The notes beneath the pieces were generated by a model. That model made no database searches. It was not told the DNA's origin and worked only from the letters and a program-made list of their open reading frames with translations. A stretch of DNA of 64,000 nt from Prevotellaceae bacterium UBA3627 (GTDB taxonomy: Bacteria > Bacteroidota > Bacteroidia > Bacteroidales > Bacteroidaceae), in assembly GCA_002373375.1 (NCBI GenBank), contig DFLE01000001.1, forward strand, positions 1,970 to 65,969, given 5' to 3'. The position numbers and the translations under genes were made by a program. Shown in pieces: positions 20,264 to 29,183 of this stretch (positions within the stretch are counted from its first letter, which is position 1; each line of letters begins with the position of its first letter).

Positions 20264-20347
20264 CATATTTTATTTTATATATGGAGAATTATACCCTTTT
20301 TTTTTGTTTTATTATGAGTTTTCCTTGTGTATTATTCCTATTTTGTG

Positions 20348-20505
20348 TACTTTTGCGGAAAAGTGTAAGGCAAAAGATGTTGCTTCATTACATCCTCGGA
20401 GAGGAAATACTCATCCTTATGCAATGTGCTAAGGATTAAAAGTGTTAATAAAAGTTATAATTTTTCAAAAAAGATTGTGGCAATAATAAAATATTATTAC
20501 CTTTG
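20348..20505 (+). promoter_or_regulatory. Two candidate -7 elements for the OmpA gene (TACTTTTG at 20348, TACCTTTG at 20498)
   Basis: Both match TAnnTTTG. Confidence 0.5.
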
Positions 20506-20551
20506 CTTGAAATACGAAGAAAGAACGCAAACAAAACAAAAAATAACCATA

Positions 20552-21649
20552 ATGAATATGAGAATTTCTACTTTGCTTAAAGGTTCTCTCGGCATAGCCC
20601 TCGCATTGTTGTCAACGGGTAAGGCCTCTGCTCAGTTAGCAATAGAGAATCCAAAATTATTAGACAACACATATGTTACGGTGGGCGTAGGTGCCGCTAC
20701 TCCTGTAAAGGATATGTTCGGTGATATGTTCCCAGTAAATCCTGTAGCAAGTATTTCCGTTGGTAAGTGGTTCTCACCGATGTTCGGTGCTGAGTTAGAG
20801 TTCGACGGTTGGTTCGGCTCTCACTCTTACGGCAACCCTTATCTGCTGCGCAATAAGGAGACTGGTGCTACTAATGCTGTACGTGGTCTCTATGGCGGCG
20901 TTAACGGCTTGGTTAACTTGTCAAACATCTTCGGCGGTTTTACTGGCTCTCCTCGTTTCTTTGAGGTCGGCGCTGTTGTGGGTATAGGTTGGTTCCACGG
21001 CTTCCGTCCATGGAAAACAGATCGTTACAATAACTGCTGGGCTGGAAAGACAGGCCTTGACTTTGCTTTCAACATTGACAAGGCTTATCGTCACACTCTC
21101 AGCTTCCGTCCTGCACTTCTGTGGAACTTCACCTCTCCAGGTAGCGGTAAGGGCGCTTCTGCCTTCAATATGAACGGTGCGCAGCTCTATCTCGGTGCTG
21201 CTTACACATACCACTTCAAGTGTTCTAACGGTACACACTACTTCAAGACCTATAACATCGGTGACTTCGAGAATACTATCGATTCTCTCCGTCAGGAGCT
21301 GGCTAAGAAGCCTAAGGAGGTCATCAAGGAGGTTGTCAAGGAGGTTCAGGTGCCTGCTAAGACACAGAAGATTTACGCTGGTGACTCTTACATCTTCTTT
21401 GCACAGAACTCTGCTGAGCTCACTTCTGAGGCAAAGGCAGTGCTTGACAACGTAGAGGGTTCTGTTGATATCATCGCTACAGCATCTCCAGAGGGTTCAG
21501 CTGACTACAACCAGTCACTCTCAGAGAGACGTGCTAAGGCTGTTGCTGATTACCTGAAGGCTAAGGGTGTTACAATCAACTCTTGCAAGGGTTCAGGTGT
21601 GAAGGGTGATGCTTCTGCTCGTGTAGCTATCATCAAGGCAAACAACTAA
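20552..21649 (+). CDS. OmpA family outer membrane protein (probable start 20552 or 20558)
   Basis: Signal peptide, beta-barrel region, and C-terminal IFFAQNSAEL...ASPEGSADYNQSLSERRAKAVADYL OmpA domain; strongly biased codons. Confidence 0.92.
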   Translation: MNMRISTLLKGSLGIALALLSTGKASAQLAIENPKLLDNTYVTVGVGAATPVKDMFGDMFPVNPVASISVGKWFSPMFGAELEFDGWFGSHSYGNPYLLRNKETGATNAVRGLYGGVNGLVNLSNIFGGFTGSPRFFEVGAVVGIGWFHGFRPWKTDRYNNCWAGKTGLDFAFNIDKAYRHTLSFRPALLWNFTSPGSGKGASAFNMNGAQLYLGAAYTYHFKCSNGTHYFKTYNIGDFENTIDSLRQELAKKPKEVIKEVVKEVQVPAKTQKIYAGDSYIFFAQNSAELTSEAKAVLDNVEGSVDIIATASPEGSADYNQSLSERRAKAVADYLKAKGVTINSCKGSGVKGDASARVAIIKANN

Positions 21650-21691
21650 TAGACATATCAGGAAACTGATTAATATAGAATATTGTTAAGT

Positions 21692-21734
21692 GAGAGGCAG
21701 GTGTTGTTGAAACGCCTGCCTCTCTTCTTTTTTT
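21692..21734 (+). terminator. Rho-independent terminator after OmpA
   Basis: GAGAGGCAGG...CCTGCCTCTC followed by a T-rich tail. Confidence 0.8.
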
Positions 21735-21781
21735 CTAAAGGTTTCTCTTCCCTGCTTTGTTCAGTCGGTCTTTCTGTTCCA

Positions 21782-21894
21782 GTTGTGTATGTTGCTGTAT
21801 CACAGCAACCCTCTTTGCCCGCCCCTCCTTGCTCGTCCTCTGGCTTGTCCCTATTCCTTCTGTTGTGTATGTTGCTGTATTACAGCAACCCTCT
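21782..21894. repeat. Two copies (80 bp apart) of the REP-like hairpin GTAT-GTTGCTGT-atc-ACAGCAAC-CC
   Basis: Hairpins at 21791-21809 and 21871-21889; further copies at 24103, 26049 and 26110. Confidence 0.85.
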
Positions 21895-21975
21895 TGTCGC
21901 CCGTGTTATGGCGTCCGCTTTCTCTCGTTGCCTCTCCTCCACGAAAAAAAATTTTGTAGTTTAGAAATTTCTGAG

Positions 21976-21983
21976 TAACTTTG
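21976..21983 (+). promoter_or_regulatory. -7 element (TAACTTTG) for the rib operon, with TTTG -33 box near 21953
   Basis: Consensus match 8 nt upstream of the ribD ATG. Confidence 0.7.
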
Positions 21984-21991
21984 CACTTTAT

Positions 21992-23257
21992 ATGGTTACA
22001 GACGATGACATATTTCTAATGGAGCAAGCCATGCGCCTTGCCCAGCAAGGAGAGGGAAGGGTAAACCCCAATCCCCTTGTAGGAGCGTTGATTGTCAGGG
22101 ATGATGATATCATCGCACGAGGATGGCATCACCGCTACGGAGACTTACATGCTGAGCGCGATGCCTTCAAGTATGCGGAGGAGCATGGCATTGACTGTCA
22201 GGGAAGTACTATGTATGTGACCCTTGAGCCTTGTTGCCATCAAGGCCATCAGCCGCCATGCACGGAGGCCATATTAAGTCACGGCATCCATCGTGTGGTC
22301 GTCGGACTGCGTGACCCTAACCCTCTTGTCGCAGGCAAGGGTATAGACCAACTGCGTCAGGCAGGCATAGAGGTCGATGTGCTGGAACAGTCAGGGAAGG
22401 AGCCTGCCTCAATGAGCGCAAGTGCGAGCACATCCTCCTCTTCTTCGGTAAGGATGGAAGGTACAGACTCAGGTGAATCCACCCCTTCCCTCGTAAGCGG
22501 CGATACCATCGCCGCCCTCGTACAGCAGTTAAGAAACCAGAACCGTGTGTTCCTGAAATATATAACGACCTCCCTGCCATGGATTACAGCGAAGTGGGCG
22601 ATGACGCTTGACGGCAAGATAGCCACCGCCACAGGTGACAGTAAGTGGATAACAGGAGAAGAGGCACGACAGTATGTACACCTTGTGCGACGCAGTCACT
22701 CGGCTATCCTCTGCGGCATAGGTACGGTGTTGGCTGACGACCCCTTGCTTAATGTGCGCCTTACGCCAGAGACGCTGGACAAGATGGGGATACAGGAACA
22801 CGAGGTAAGACAGCCGGTGCGCATTGTAGCCGACCGTCAGGCTCGCATCCCGATGGAGAGTCAGTTGGTACGTACTGCACATGAGTATCCGCTCGTCGTG
22901 GCTTATGCAGACGGCGCCGATGAGGAGAAACTGCAGCAATTGCGAGAGGCAGGTGTCATGTTGTGGAACTGTAACACCCTCCTTGAACTGACACAGCGTG
23001 CTGCGGCGGAGAAGATAGACTCTATCCTGCTTGAGAGTGGCGGCACACTCAGCGAGGCGCTGCTGCGTGAAGGACTTGTAGATGAGGTCTTGGCATTCGT
23101 TGCTCCTAAGATAATAGGTGGCAAGACCGCCAAGACACCGGTAGAGGGCAATGGCATCGATGTCATGTCTGAGGCAGTAGAACTCACCGGCAGGGTAGTG
23201 TCCACCATGGGAGAGGACATCCTTATCTCTGGCTTGGTGAAGAAGTCCAATTCATAG
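21992..23257 (+). CDS. ribD: Bifunctional riboflavin deaminase/reductase with a ~40 aa interdomain insertion
   Basis: PNPLVGA, HAE, VTLEPCCH..PPC, KWAMTLDGKIAT, GIGTVLADDP and ESGG motifs. Confidence 0.95.
   Translation: MVTDDDIFLMEQAMRLAQQGEGRVNPNPLVGALIVRDDDIIARGWHHRYGDLHAERDAFKYAEEHGIDCQGSTMYVTLEPCCHQGHQPPCTEAILSHGIHRVVVGLRDPNPLVAGKGIDQLRQAGIEVDVLEQSGKEPASMSASASTSSSSSVRMEGTDSGESTPSLVSGDTIAALVQQLRNQNRVFLKYITTSLPWITAKWAMTLDGKIATATGDSKWITGEEARQYVHLVRRSHSAILCGIGTVLADDPLLNVRLTPETLDKMGIQEHEVRQPVRIVADRQARIPMESQLVRTAHEYPLVVAYADGADEEKLQQLREAGVMLWNCNTLLELTQRAAAEKIDSILLESGGTLSEALLREGLVDEVLAFVAPKIIGGKTAKTPVEGNGIDVMSEAVELTGRVVSTMGEDILISGLVKKSNS
22484..22517 (+). repeat. 34 bp palindromic element translated in frame inside ribD
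   Basis: CCTTCCCTCGTAAGCGGCGATACCATCGCCGCCC, identical to 23492-23525. Confidence 0.9.
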
Positions 23258-23267
23258 TCCGCAAGAC

Positions 23268-23300
23268 AACTCATAACTTATAATCTATAACTCATAACTT
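23268..23300. repeat. Heptamer tandem repeat (AACTCAT-like) between ribD and ribE
   Basis: AACTCAT AACTTAT AATCTAT AACTCAT AACTT. Confidence 0.65.
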
Positions 23301-23317
23301 GCGAGCAAAGTGAGTCA

Positions 23318-24028
23318 ATGTTCACAGGCATAGTCGAAGAAATAGGAACAGTAAAGACAGTAAGACGTGGCACAACCTCCGTCACGCTGGAGATAGAGGC
23401 AGGCAAGGTGCTTCAAGGCACGCAGGTGGGTGACAGCATCTGCACCAACGGTGTGTGTCTCACCGTCACCTCCATTCCTGTAGCAGTGCGTCCTTCCCTC
23501 GTAAGCGGCGATACCATCGCCGCCCCAAGAGGATGCTTCACCGCGGATGTCATGCCAGAGACGGTACGTCGTACCTCCCTTGCCTCGTTGAAGCCGGGAA
23601 GCAAGGTGAATCTTGAGCGCGCCCTCACTCTGCAGACACGACTGGGTGGCCATATCGTCTCAGGTCATGTTGACGGTACGGGCAAAGTCTCGCGTATAGA
23701 GAGTGACGATAATGCTCTTTGGCTGTACATACAGACATCACCGCAGATTATGCGTTACATAATAGAGAAGGGCAGCATCACCATACAGGGTGTGAGCCTT
23801 ACGGTAGCCATGGTCAGCGAATCGGAGTTCGCGGTGTCGCTGATACCTCATACGCAGCAAGCCACTACGCTCCATACGGCCAAGGTCGGTGACTTGGTGA
23901 ATCTTGAGAATGATTTGATAGCAAAATATGTAGAGCGGCTTATGCCGCAAGGGAATGGGAATGCCGCTCCGGCTGGTTCCTCCGAGGAAGAGAAGATAAA
24001 CCTCTATCGCTCCTTCCTCATGGCGTAG
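23318..24028 (+). CDS. ribE: Riboflavin synthase (alpha chain) with an in-frame insertion
   Basis: MFTGIVEEIG, GDSICTNGVCLTV, VNLERAL, GGHIVSGHVD and VNLEND motifs. Confidence 0.95.
   Translation: MFTGIVEEIGTVKTVRRGTTSVTLEIEAGKVLQGTQVGDSICTNGVCLTVTSIPVAVRPSLVSGDTIAAPRGCFTADVMPETVRRTSLASLKPGSKVNLERALTLQTRLGGHIVSGHVDGTGKVSRIESDDNALWLYIQTSPQIMRYIIEKGSITIQGVSLTVAMVSESEFAVSLIPHTQQATTLHTAKVGDLVNLENDLIAKYVERLMPQGNGNAAPAGSSEEEKINLYRSFLMA
23492..23525 (+). repeat. 34 bp palindromic element translated in frame inside ribE
   Basis: Identical to 22484-22517; both encode PSLVSGDTIAA. Confidence 0.9.
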
Positions 24029-24102
24029 GTTCTTGGTTCCTGGTAGGACTTGGTGCGGTGCTTAGTCTGTTGCTAAGTTGAGTTCGTTGCAGAGTAGAGT
24101 TT

Positions 24103-24123
24103 GTTGCTGTATCACAGCAACCC
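24103..24123. repeat. GTTGCTGT-atc-ACAGCAAC hairpin copy upstream of ribBA
   Basis: Read directly; a half-site ACAGCAACC also lies near 24153. Confidence 0.8.
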
Positions 24124-24193
24124 TCACCAATCGCTCAGTCGGCCATAGCTCTACAGCAACCATTACCATAATCCCTGAAAAAGAAATAAAACA

Positions 24194-25408
24194 ATGCAAT
24201 ACAACACAATCGACGAAGCCCTTGAGGCATTAAGACAAGGACAGTGCATATTGGTTATAGATGACCCTGACCGCGAGAATGAGGGTGACCTCATCTGTGC
24301 TGCACAGTTCGCTACAACAGAAAATGTAAACATGATGGCTTCCTTGGCCAAAGGACTCATCTGTATGCCAATGAGTCGTGAACTCTGTGAGCGACTGAAC
24401 CTGCCGCAGATGGTGACACATAACAGCGACAACCACCAGACGGCTTTCACTGTCAGCGTTGACCATATATCAACTACAACGGGCATCTCTGCCGTGGAGC
24501 GTGGCATTACGGCTCGTGCCATAGCCGATCCGTCATCAAAGCCTATAGACTTCCGTCGTCCGGGACACATGTTCCCGTTGCAGGCGCGTGAGGGCGGCGT
24601 CCTCGTCCGTGCCGGACATACGGAGGCAACAGTGGACCTGTGTCGTATGGCGGGTCTTGCCGAGGCAGGCCTCTGTTGTGAGATTATGCGTGAGGACGGT
24701 ACTATGATGCGTACCACGGAACTGCTGGAGCTGGCAAAAGAGCACAATATCGTTTGTGTTACCATCAAGTCGCTCATAGAGTATCGTCGCCGCACAGAGA
24801 AACTCATAGAACAGGTGACGAGCGCCGAACTGCCTACGAAATACGGTACGTTCCGTTCGTACGGTTATATAAATAAGGTAACGGGCGAGCATCATGTGGC
24901 TCTCGTCAAGGGTGATGTCACCACGCCTGAACCTGTGCTCTGTCGTGTGCACTCAGAGTGTCTTACTGGCGATGCCTTCGGGTCTTTGCGCTGTGATTGT
25001 GGTGAACAACTTGCCGAGGCTCTCCGTCGTATAGAGAAAGAGGGCAGGGGAGTATTGCTCTACTTGCGTCAGGAAGGGCGTGGCATTGGTCTTATCAATA
25101 AGCTGAGGGCATACAACCTGCAAGACCAGGGCATGGATACCGTCGAGGCTAACATTGCACTGGGCTTCGCCGCTGACCTCAGGGAGTATGGCACAGGTGC
25201 CAGCATCCTTGCAGACCTCGGAATACATGACCTTATACTCATGACCAACAACCCACAAAAGATAAGCGGCATTGACGGCTTCGGCCTCCGCGTGGTGCGT
25301 AGGGAACCAATAGAGATAGCCACCAACGAAAAGGATGAGTTCTATATGTACACCAAGTACGCCAAGATGGGACACCTGCTGCATATAAAGAAACCAAAGG
25401 AGAAATAA
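24194..25408 (+). CDS. ribBA: Bifunctional DHBP synthase / GTP cyclohydrolase II
   Basis: [51 protein letters not shown] and MTNNP motifs. Confidence 0.97.
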   Translation: MQYNTIDEALEALRQGQCILVIDDPDRENEGDLICAAQFATTENVNMMASLAKGLICMPMSRELCERLNLPQMVTHNSDNHQTAFTVSVDHISTTTGISAVERGITARAIADPSSKPIDFRRPGHMFPLQAREGGVLVRAGHTEATVDLCRMAGLAEAGLCCEIMREDGTMMRTTELLELAKEHNIVCVTIKSLIEYRRRTEKLIEQVTSAELPTKYGTFRSYGYINKVTGEHHVALVKGDVTTPEPVLCRVHSECLTGDAFGSLRCDCGEQLAEALRRIEKEGRGVLLYLRQEGRGIGLINKLRAYNLQDQGMDTVEANIALGFAADLREYGTGASILADLGIHDLILMTNNPQKISGIDGFGLRVVRREPIEIATNEKDEFYMYTKYAKMGHLLHIKKPKEK

Positions 25409-25464
25409 CCATAGCCACTACAGTATATCTATAGCCGGTGAAGTTGCATTTTGTGATTGTCAGC

Positions 25465-25506
25465 CCTATAGTTCCTATAGCTACTATAGTATCTATAGTC
25501 CCTATA
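25465..25506. repeat. Nonamer tandem repeat (CTATAG core) between ribBA and ribH
   Basis: CCTATAGTT CCTATAGCT ACTATAGTA TCTATAGTC CCTATA; related units at 25409-25436. Confidence 0.7.
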
Positions 25507-25526
25507 CATAAAAAAATATAAAGATT

Positions 25527-25988
25527 ATGAAAAAGATAGAAGGAGCATTGACCGCCCAGGGTCAGAAGATAGGCATTGTTGCCTCACGTTTTAATGATTT
25601 CATCGTCAATCACCTTATCAGCGGTGCTGAGGACTGCTTCGTACGTCACGGTGGTAATACCGACGACCTCACTCTCGCCCTCGTGCCGGGAGCGTTTGAG
25701 ATACCTCTCACTGCCCAGAAGATGGCAGAGTCAGGAAAATATGACGCAGTGGTATGTCTTGGAGCAGTCATCCGTGGCGCTACTCCTCACTTTGACATGG
25801 TGGCAAATGAGTCAGCGAAAGGTATTGCCATGGCAGCTATGAAGTCACAGGTGCCAGTGCTTAACGGTATTCTTACTACTGACAGCATAGAGCAGGCTGT
25901 GGAGCGTGCAGGTACCAAGGCCGGTAACAAGGGTGCCGATGCCATGCTCTCAGCAATAGAGATGGTAAACCTCAACAAGGCATTGTAA
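25527..25988 (+). CDS. ribH: 6,7-dimethyl-8-ribityllumazine synthase
   Basis: [29 protein letters not shown] and [14 protein letters not shown] motifs. Confidence 0.97.
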   Translation: MKKIEGALTAQGQKIGIVASRFNDFIVNHLISGAEDCFVRHGGNTDDLTLALVPGAFEIPLTAQKMAESGKYDAVVCLGAVIRGATPHFDMVANESAKGIAMAAMKSQVPVLNGILTTDSIEQAVERAGTKAGNKGADAMLSAIEMVNLNKAL

Positions 25989-26044
25989 TTCCATCCCCAC
26001 GGTTCGCTGCACTGCAGTCCAGTTTGTTGCCGCACCGTGGTTGA

Positions 26045-26130
26045 GTATTTTGCTGTATCACAGCAACCCATATTAATGTTCCGCCCTTTCCTGCCCCGCA
26101 GTCCAGTATGTTGCTGTATCACAGCAACCA
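26045..26130. repeat. Two copies of the GTTGCTGT-atc-ACAGCAAC hairpin downstream of ribH
   Basis: Copies at 26049-26067 (one mismatch) and 26110-26128. Confidence 0.85.
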
Positions 26131-26155
26131 TAATTAAGGAAAAAGAAATAAAACA

Positions 26156-27622
26156 ATGAAACAAGGTTTCGATAACGACAAATACATTCGCATACAGTCA
26201 GAACACATCAAAGAACGCATTCAGCAGTTTAAGGGCAAGCTGTACCTTGAGCTCGGTGGGAAACTTTTCGACGATCATCACGCCAGTCGTGTGTTGCCGG
26301 GCTTCCAGCCCGACTCAAAGCTGCGTATGTTCAGCAAGATAAGTGACCAGATAGAGATTGTCATCGTCATCAGCGCTGAGGATATAGTGAAGAACAAGGT
26401 TCGTGCTGACCTCGGCATCACCTATGACGAGGATGTGCTGCGCCTGCGTGGTGAGTTCATTGCACGTGGCTTTATGGTAGGCAGCGTCGTTATAACACAT
26501 TATAACGGACAGCATGCCGCCGATGACTTCCGTGTGCGTTTGGAGCGTATGGGCATAAAGTCATACGTGCATTACCTTATTGACGGCTATCCGCATAACG
26601 TCGCACTCATCGCCAGCGACCAGGGCTTCGGCAAGAACGACTATGTGGAGACATCCCGTCCGCTCGTTATCGTTACCGCCCCGGGACCTGGCAGCGGTAA
26701 GATGGCAGTGTGCCTCTCTCAGTTATATAATGAGAACAAGCGCGGCACGGAGGCAGGCTATGCCAAGTTCGAGACCTTCCCTGTATGGTCGCTGCCATTG
26801 AAGCATCCTGTCAATATAGCATACGAGGCTGCCACCGCAGACCTTAATGATGTCAATATGATTGACCCATTCCATCTGGAGGCGTACAATAAGATTGCCG
26901 TCAACTATAACCGCGACATAGAGATATTCCCTGTGCTTAACGCGCTCTTTGAAGGCATATATGGCAAGAACCCCTATAAGTCTCCTACGGATATGGGTGT
27001 CAATATGGTAGGCTTCTGCATCAGCGATGATGAGGCGTGTCAGGAGGCTTCGCGTCAGGAGATTATACGCCGTTACTACGATGCCACTAATAAGTTTGCC
27101 GACGGAGCGAACAACGAGGCTGAGGTGCAGAAGATACAGCTGCTCTTCCAGCAGGCCAAGATAACTACAGACAACCGCCGTGTTACCACGGCAGCCAAGG
27201 AACGTCGTGAGCGTTGCGGCAAACCGTGTGCGGCCATCGAACTGGCCGACGGTACCATCATCACCAGTGAGACCAGCGAACTGCTCGGACCATCCGCCGC
27301 CCTCATTCTCAATGCCACCAAGCATCTTGCTGGCATAGACCATGACATAAAGCTCATTCCACAGGCAATGATTGAGCCGATACAGAAGACAAAGGTTGAG
27401 TATCTCGGCGGCAACAACCCACGTCTGCATACCGATGAGGTGCTCGTGGCACTCTCTGTCCTGTCACAAGCTGATGACAACTGCCGACGTGCCCTTGAAC
27501 AACTTCCGCAGCTGCAAGGATGCCAGGTGCACTCTACCGTAATGCTTTCTGAGGTTGACAGGAAAATCTTCAAGAAGTTAGGAGTAGGACTTACGTGTGA
27601 GCCTGTAAAAAAGAAAAGTTAA
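26156..27622 (+). CDS. DUF1846 / UPF0371 family protein (P-loop-like)
   Basis: GFDNDKY...KLYLELGGKLFDDHHASRVLPGF, TAPGPGSGKMA, AKFETFP and YKSPTDMGVN motifs. Confidence 0.88.
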   Translation: MKQGFDNDKYIRIQSEHIKERIQQFKGKLYLELGGKLFDDHHASRVLPGFQPDSKLRMFSKISDQIEIVIVISAEDIVKNKVRADLGITYDEDVLRLRGEFIARGFMVGSVVITHYNGQHAADDFRVRLERMGIKSYVHYLIDGYPHNVALIASDQGFGKNDYVETSRPLVIVTAPGPGSGKMAVCLSQLYNENKRGTEAGYAKFETFPVWSLPLKHPVNIAYEAATADLNDVNMIDPFHLEAYNKIAVNYNRDIEIFPVLNALFEGIYGKNPYKSPTDMGVNMVGFCISDDEACQEASRQEIIRRYYDATNKFADGANNEAEVQKIQLLFQQAKITTDNRRVTTAAKERRERCGKPCAAIELADGTIITSETSELLGPSAALILNATKHLAGIDHDIKLIPQAMIEPIQKTKVEYLGGNNPRLHTDEVLVALSVLSQADDNCRRALEQLPQLQGCQVHSTVMLSEVDRKIFKKLGVGLTCEPVKKKS

Positions 27623-27681
27623 TTAAAGTTAAAGGACGATTAATATTCTGTATTTTTATATCTAATATCGGAATAAAGTTG

Positions 27682-27689
27682 TAATTTTG
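27682..27689 (+). promoter_or_regulatory. -7 element (TAATTTTG) for the peptide C - fimbrillin operon
   Basis: TAnnTTTG match about 75 nt upstream of 27763. Confidence 0.55.
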
Positions 27690-27762
27690 TAAATCACAGT
27701 AGCGCTATGTCCTTTTTTCTCAGAGGGAAAGGATGTGTTGAAACGTGAATTTATAAAAGATA

Positions 27763-28008
27763 ATGAACAGAAATATATTCATATCAAAGAAGATGTATGT
27801 CGCTCCCCTCATTTCCTTCGAGGAAGTGGAGGAGGAACAGGAATTGCTTGCTGGCTCAACAACTGGTGGTGGTGCGCCGTGGGAGACAGGTGAGCCTGGT
27901 GTTAAGCCGTATGACGACCCTTTCAATGGCAATGGGGCTAAAAAATCTGGTGGTATGTTTGAAGATACTGGCGAGGGAGATTTCGTGTTTGAGATAGATG
28001 ACAGGTAA
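27763..28008 (+). CDS. Small YxxP-leader acidic peptide C (function unknown)
   Basis: KKMYVAPLISFEEVEEEQELLAGS followed by a G/P/D-rich tail and AKKSGGMFEDTGE. Confidence 0.75.
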   Translation: MNRNIFISKKMYVAPLISFEEVEEEQELLAGSTTGGGAPWETGEPGVKPYDDPFNGNGAKKSGGMFEDTGEGDFVFEIDDR

Positions 28009-28033
28009 TGTTACAATGTTTCTTAAAGTGGGG

Positions 28034-29170
28034 ATGAAGAGAAAGCTGACAGCTGTTCTTCTTCTGCTGGCGGATATAATGATAGCAGCGGCTGCCGAGG
28101 CTGTGTACCCGGTTTATTCGTATGATGAGAATACAGGGCTTCTCTTCGGCTGGCAGCAAGGGTGCAGAGGAAGAGGATATTTTGATGAGGGTGGCAGCGA
28201 TTGCGTGTTGCTTGTCGCCCGCACGGTAGAGGATGATGACAACTATGTTCCTGCGTCAAATGCGGGGTGGGGATTGGTTAGCGGTAATACTTACTATGGC
28301 TATTTCCCTTGTGAGGGAGTTCACTATATGGTGGCCAACACTGCCTTGCCAGTGACATACGAGGGACAGAGACAGAGAGGCAATGGATCAACGCAGCACT
28401 TGGGGGCGTATGACTACATGACTGCGAGAGACCTGATAACCTCAACGTCAGCGCAGTTTAATTTCTCACACCTCGGGTGCGTGCTTAGACTGGAATATAC
28501 GGTTGGTAGGAGTACGACAGTAAACAGCATTATGCTGAAAGCAGAGAAAGAGAACTTCGTCACGGCGGCGACGGTGAACGTTCCGGCACAGACAGTGACG
28601 GCGACCGGCAAAAGCTCTGTGATGACACTTGTTACAGATGAATTGGAGTTAGAGAAGGGGCAGACGTTGACGGCATATCTGATGATGTGTCCCGCAGATC
28701 TCAGTAATGAGACACTGACGGTGAGGATAAATGCAGATGACGGCACGTTTGTGGAGAGGCAACTTACCGGAGTAGCGTTTCAGGCAGGAAAACTGTATGA
28801 CGTGAATCTGGATGATGATATAGTAAAGGCAAAGAGTGGAGCAGGAGAGATGTGGAGTGAGAGTAACGGCAAACGTGGCGGTGCGTATCTGGAAACAGAT
28901 GCAGAAACAGTAAGTTCACAAAGGTGCTATGCCCCTGATTTCGTCACTGCTGTGCTTGAAGACGGAGAATTGGGAAAGAGAGAGAGACTGCTCGGTGATG
29001 TCAATGCCGATGGAAAGGTTGACCTCACGGACGCACGGTTGTTAACTAACTATAATGTGGGTATAAGGCCGGTGGAGATAGACCTCAGTGTGGCCGATAC
29101 CAACAAGGATGATGATATAACGATGGCAGATGCCAACGAGATAGTGAGAATTACTCTTTCAAAGAAATAG
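28034..29170 (+). CDS. Fimbrillin-like (Mfa-like) secreted protein with C-terminal dockerin-like duplicated EF-hand
   Basis: Signal peptide from MKRKL; LPVTYEGQ...HLGAYDYM...FNFSHL, shared with the next gene; C-terminal LLGDVNADGKVDLTDA...ADTNKDDDITMADA. Confidence 0.7.
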   Translation: MKRKLTAVLLLLADIMIAAAAEAVYPVYSYDENTGLLFGWQQGCRGRGYFDEGGSDCVLLVARTVEDDDNYVPASNAGWGLVSGNTYYGYFPCEGVHYMVANTALPVTYEGQRQRGNGSTQHLGAYDYMTARDLITSTSAQFNFSHLGCVLRLEYTVGRSTTVNSIMLKAEKENFVTAATVNVPAQTVTATGKSSVMTLVTDELELEKGQTLTAYLMMCPADLSNETLTVRINADDGTFVERQLTGVAFQAGKLYDVNLDDDIVKAKSGAGEMWSESNGKRGGAYLETDAETVSSQRCYAPDFVTAVLEDGELGKRERLLGDVNADGKVDLTDARLLTNYNVGIRPVEIDLSVADTNKDDDITMADANEIVRITLSKK

Positions 29171-29183
29171 AAGTTATTAAGAG

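Noticed and set aside
20426-20551. Extended N-terminus of OmpA in the ORF track
   Set aside because: It overlaps a promoter element, and the signal peptide starts at MNMRIST (20552).
21735-21991. FMN riboswitch upstream of ribD
   Set aside because: No recognisable RFN conserved blocks, and the promoter lies only 8 nt from the ATG.
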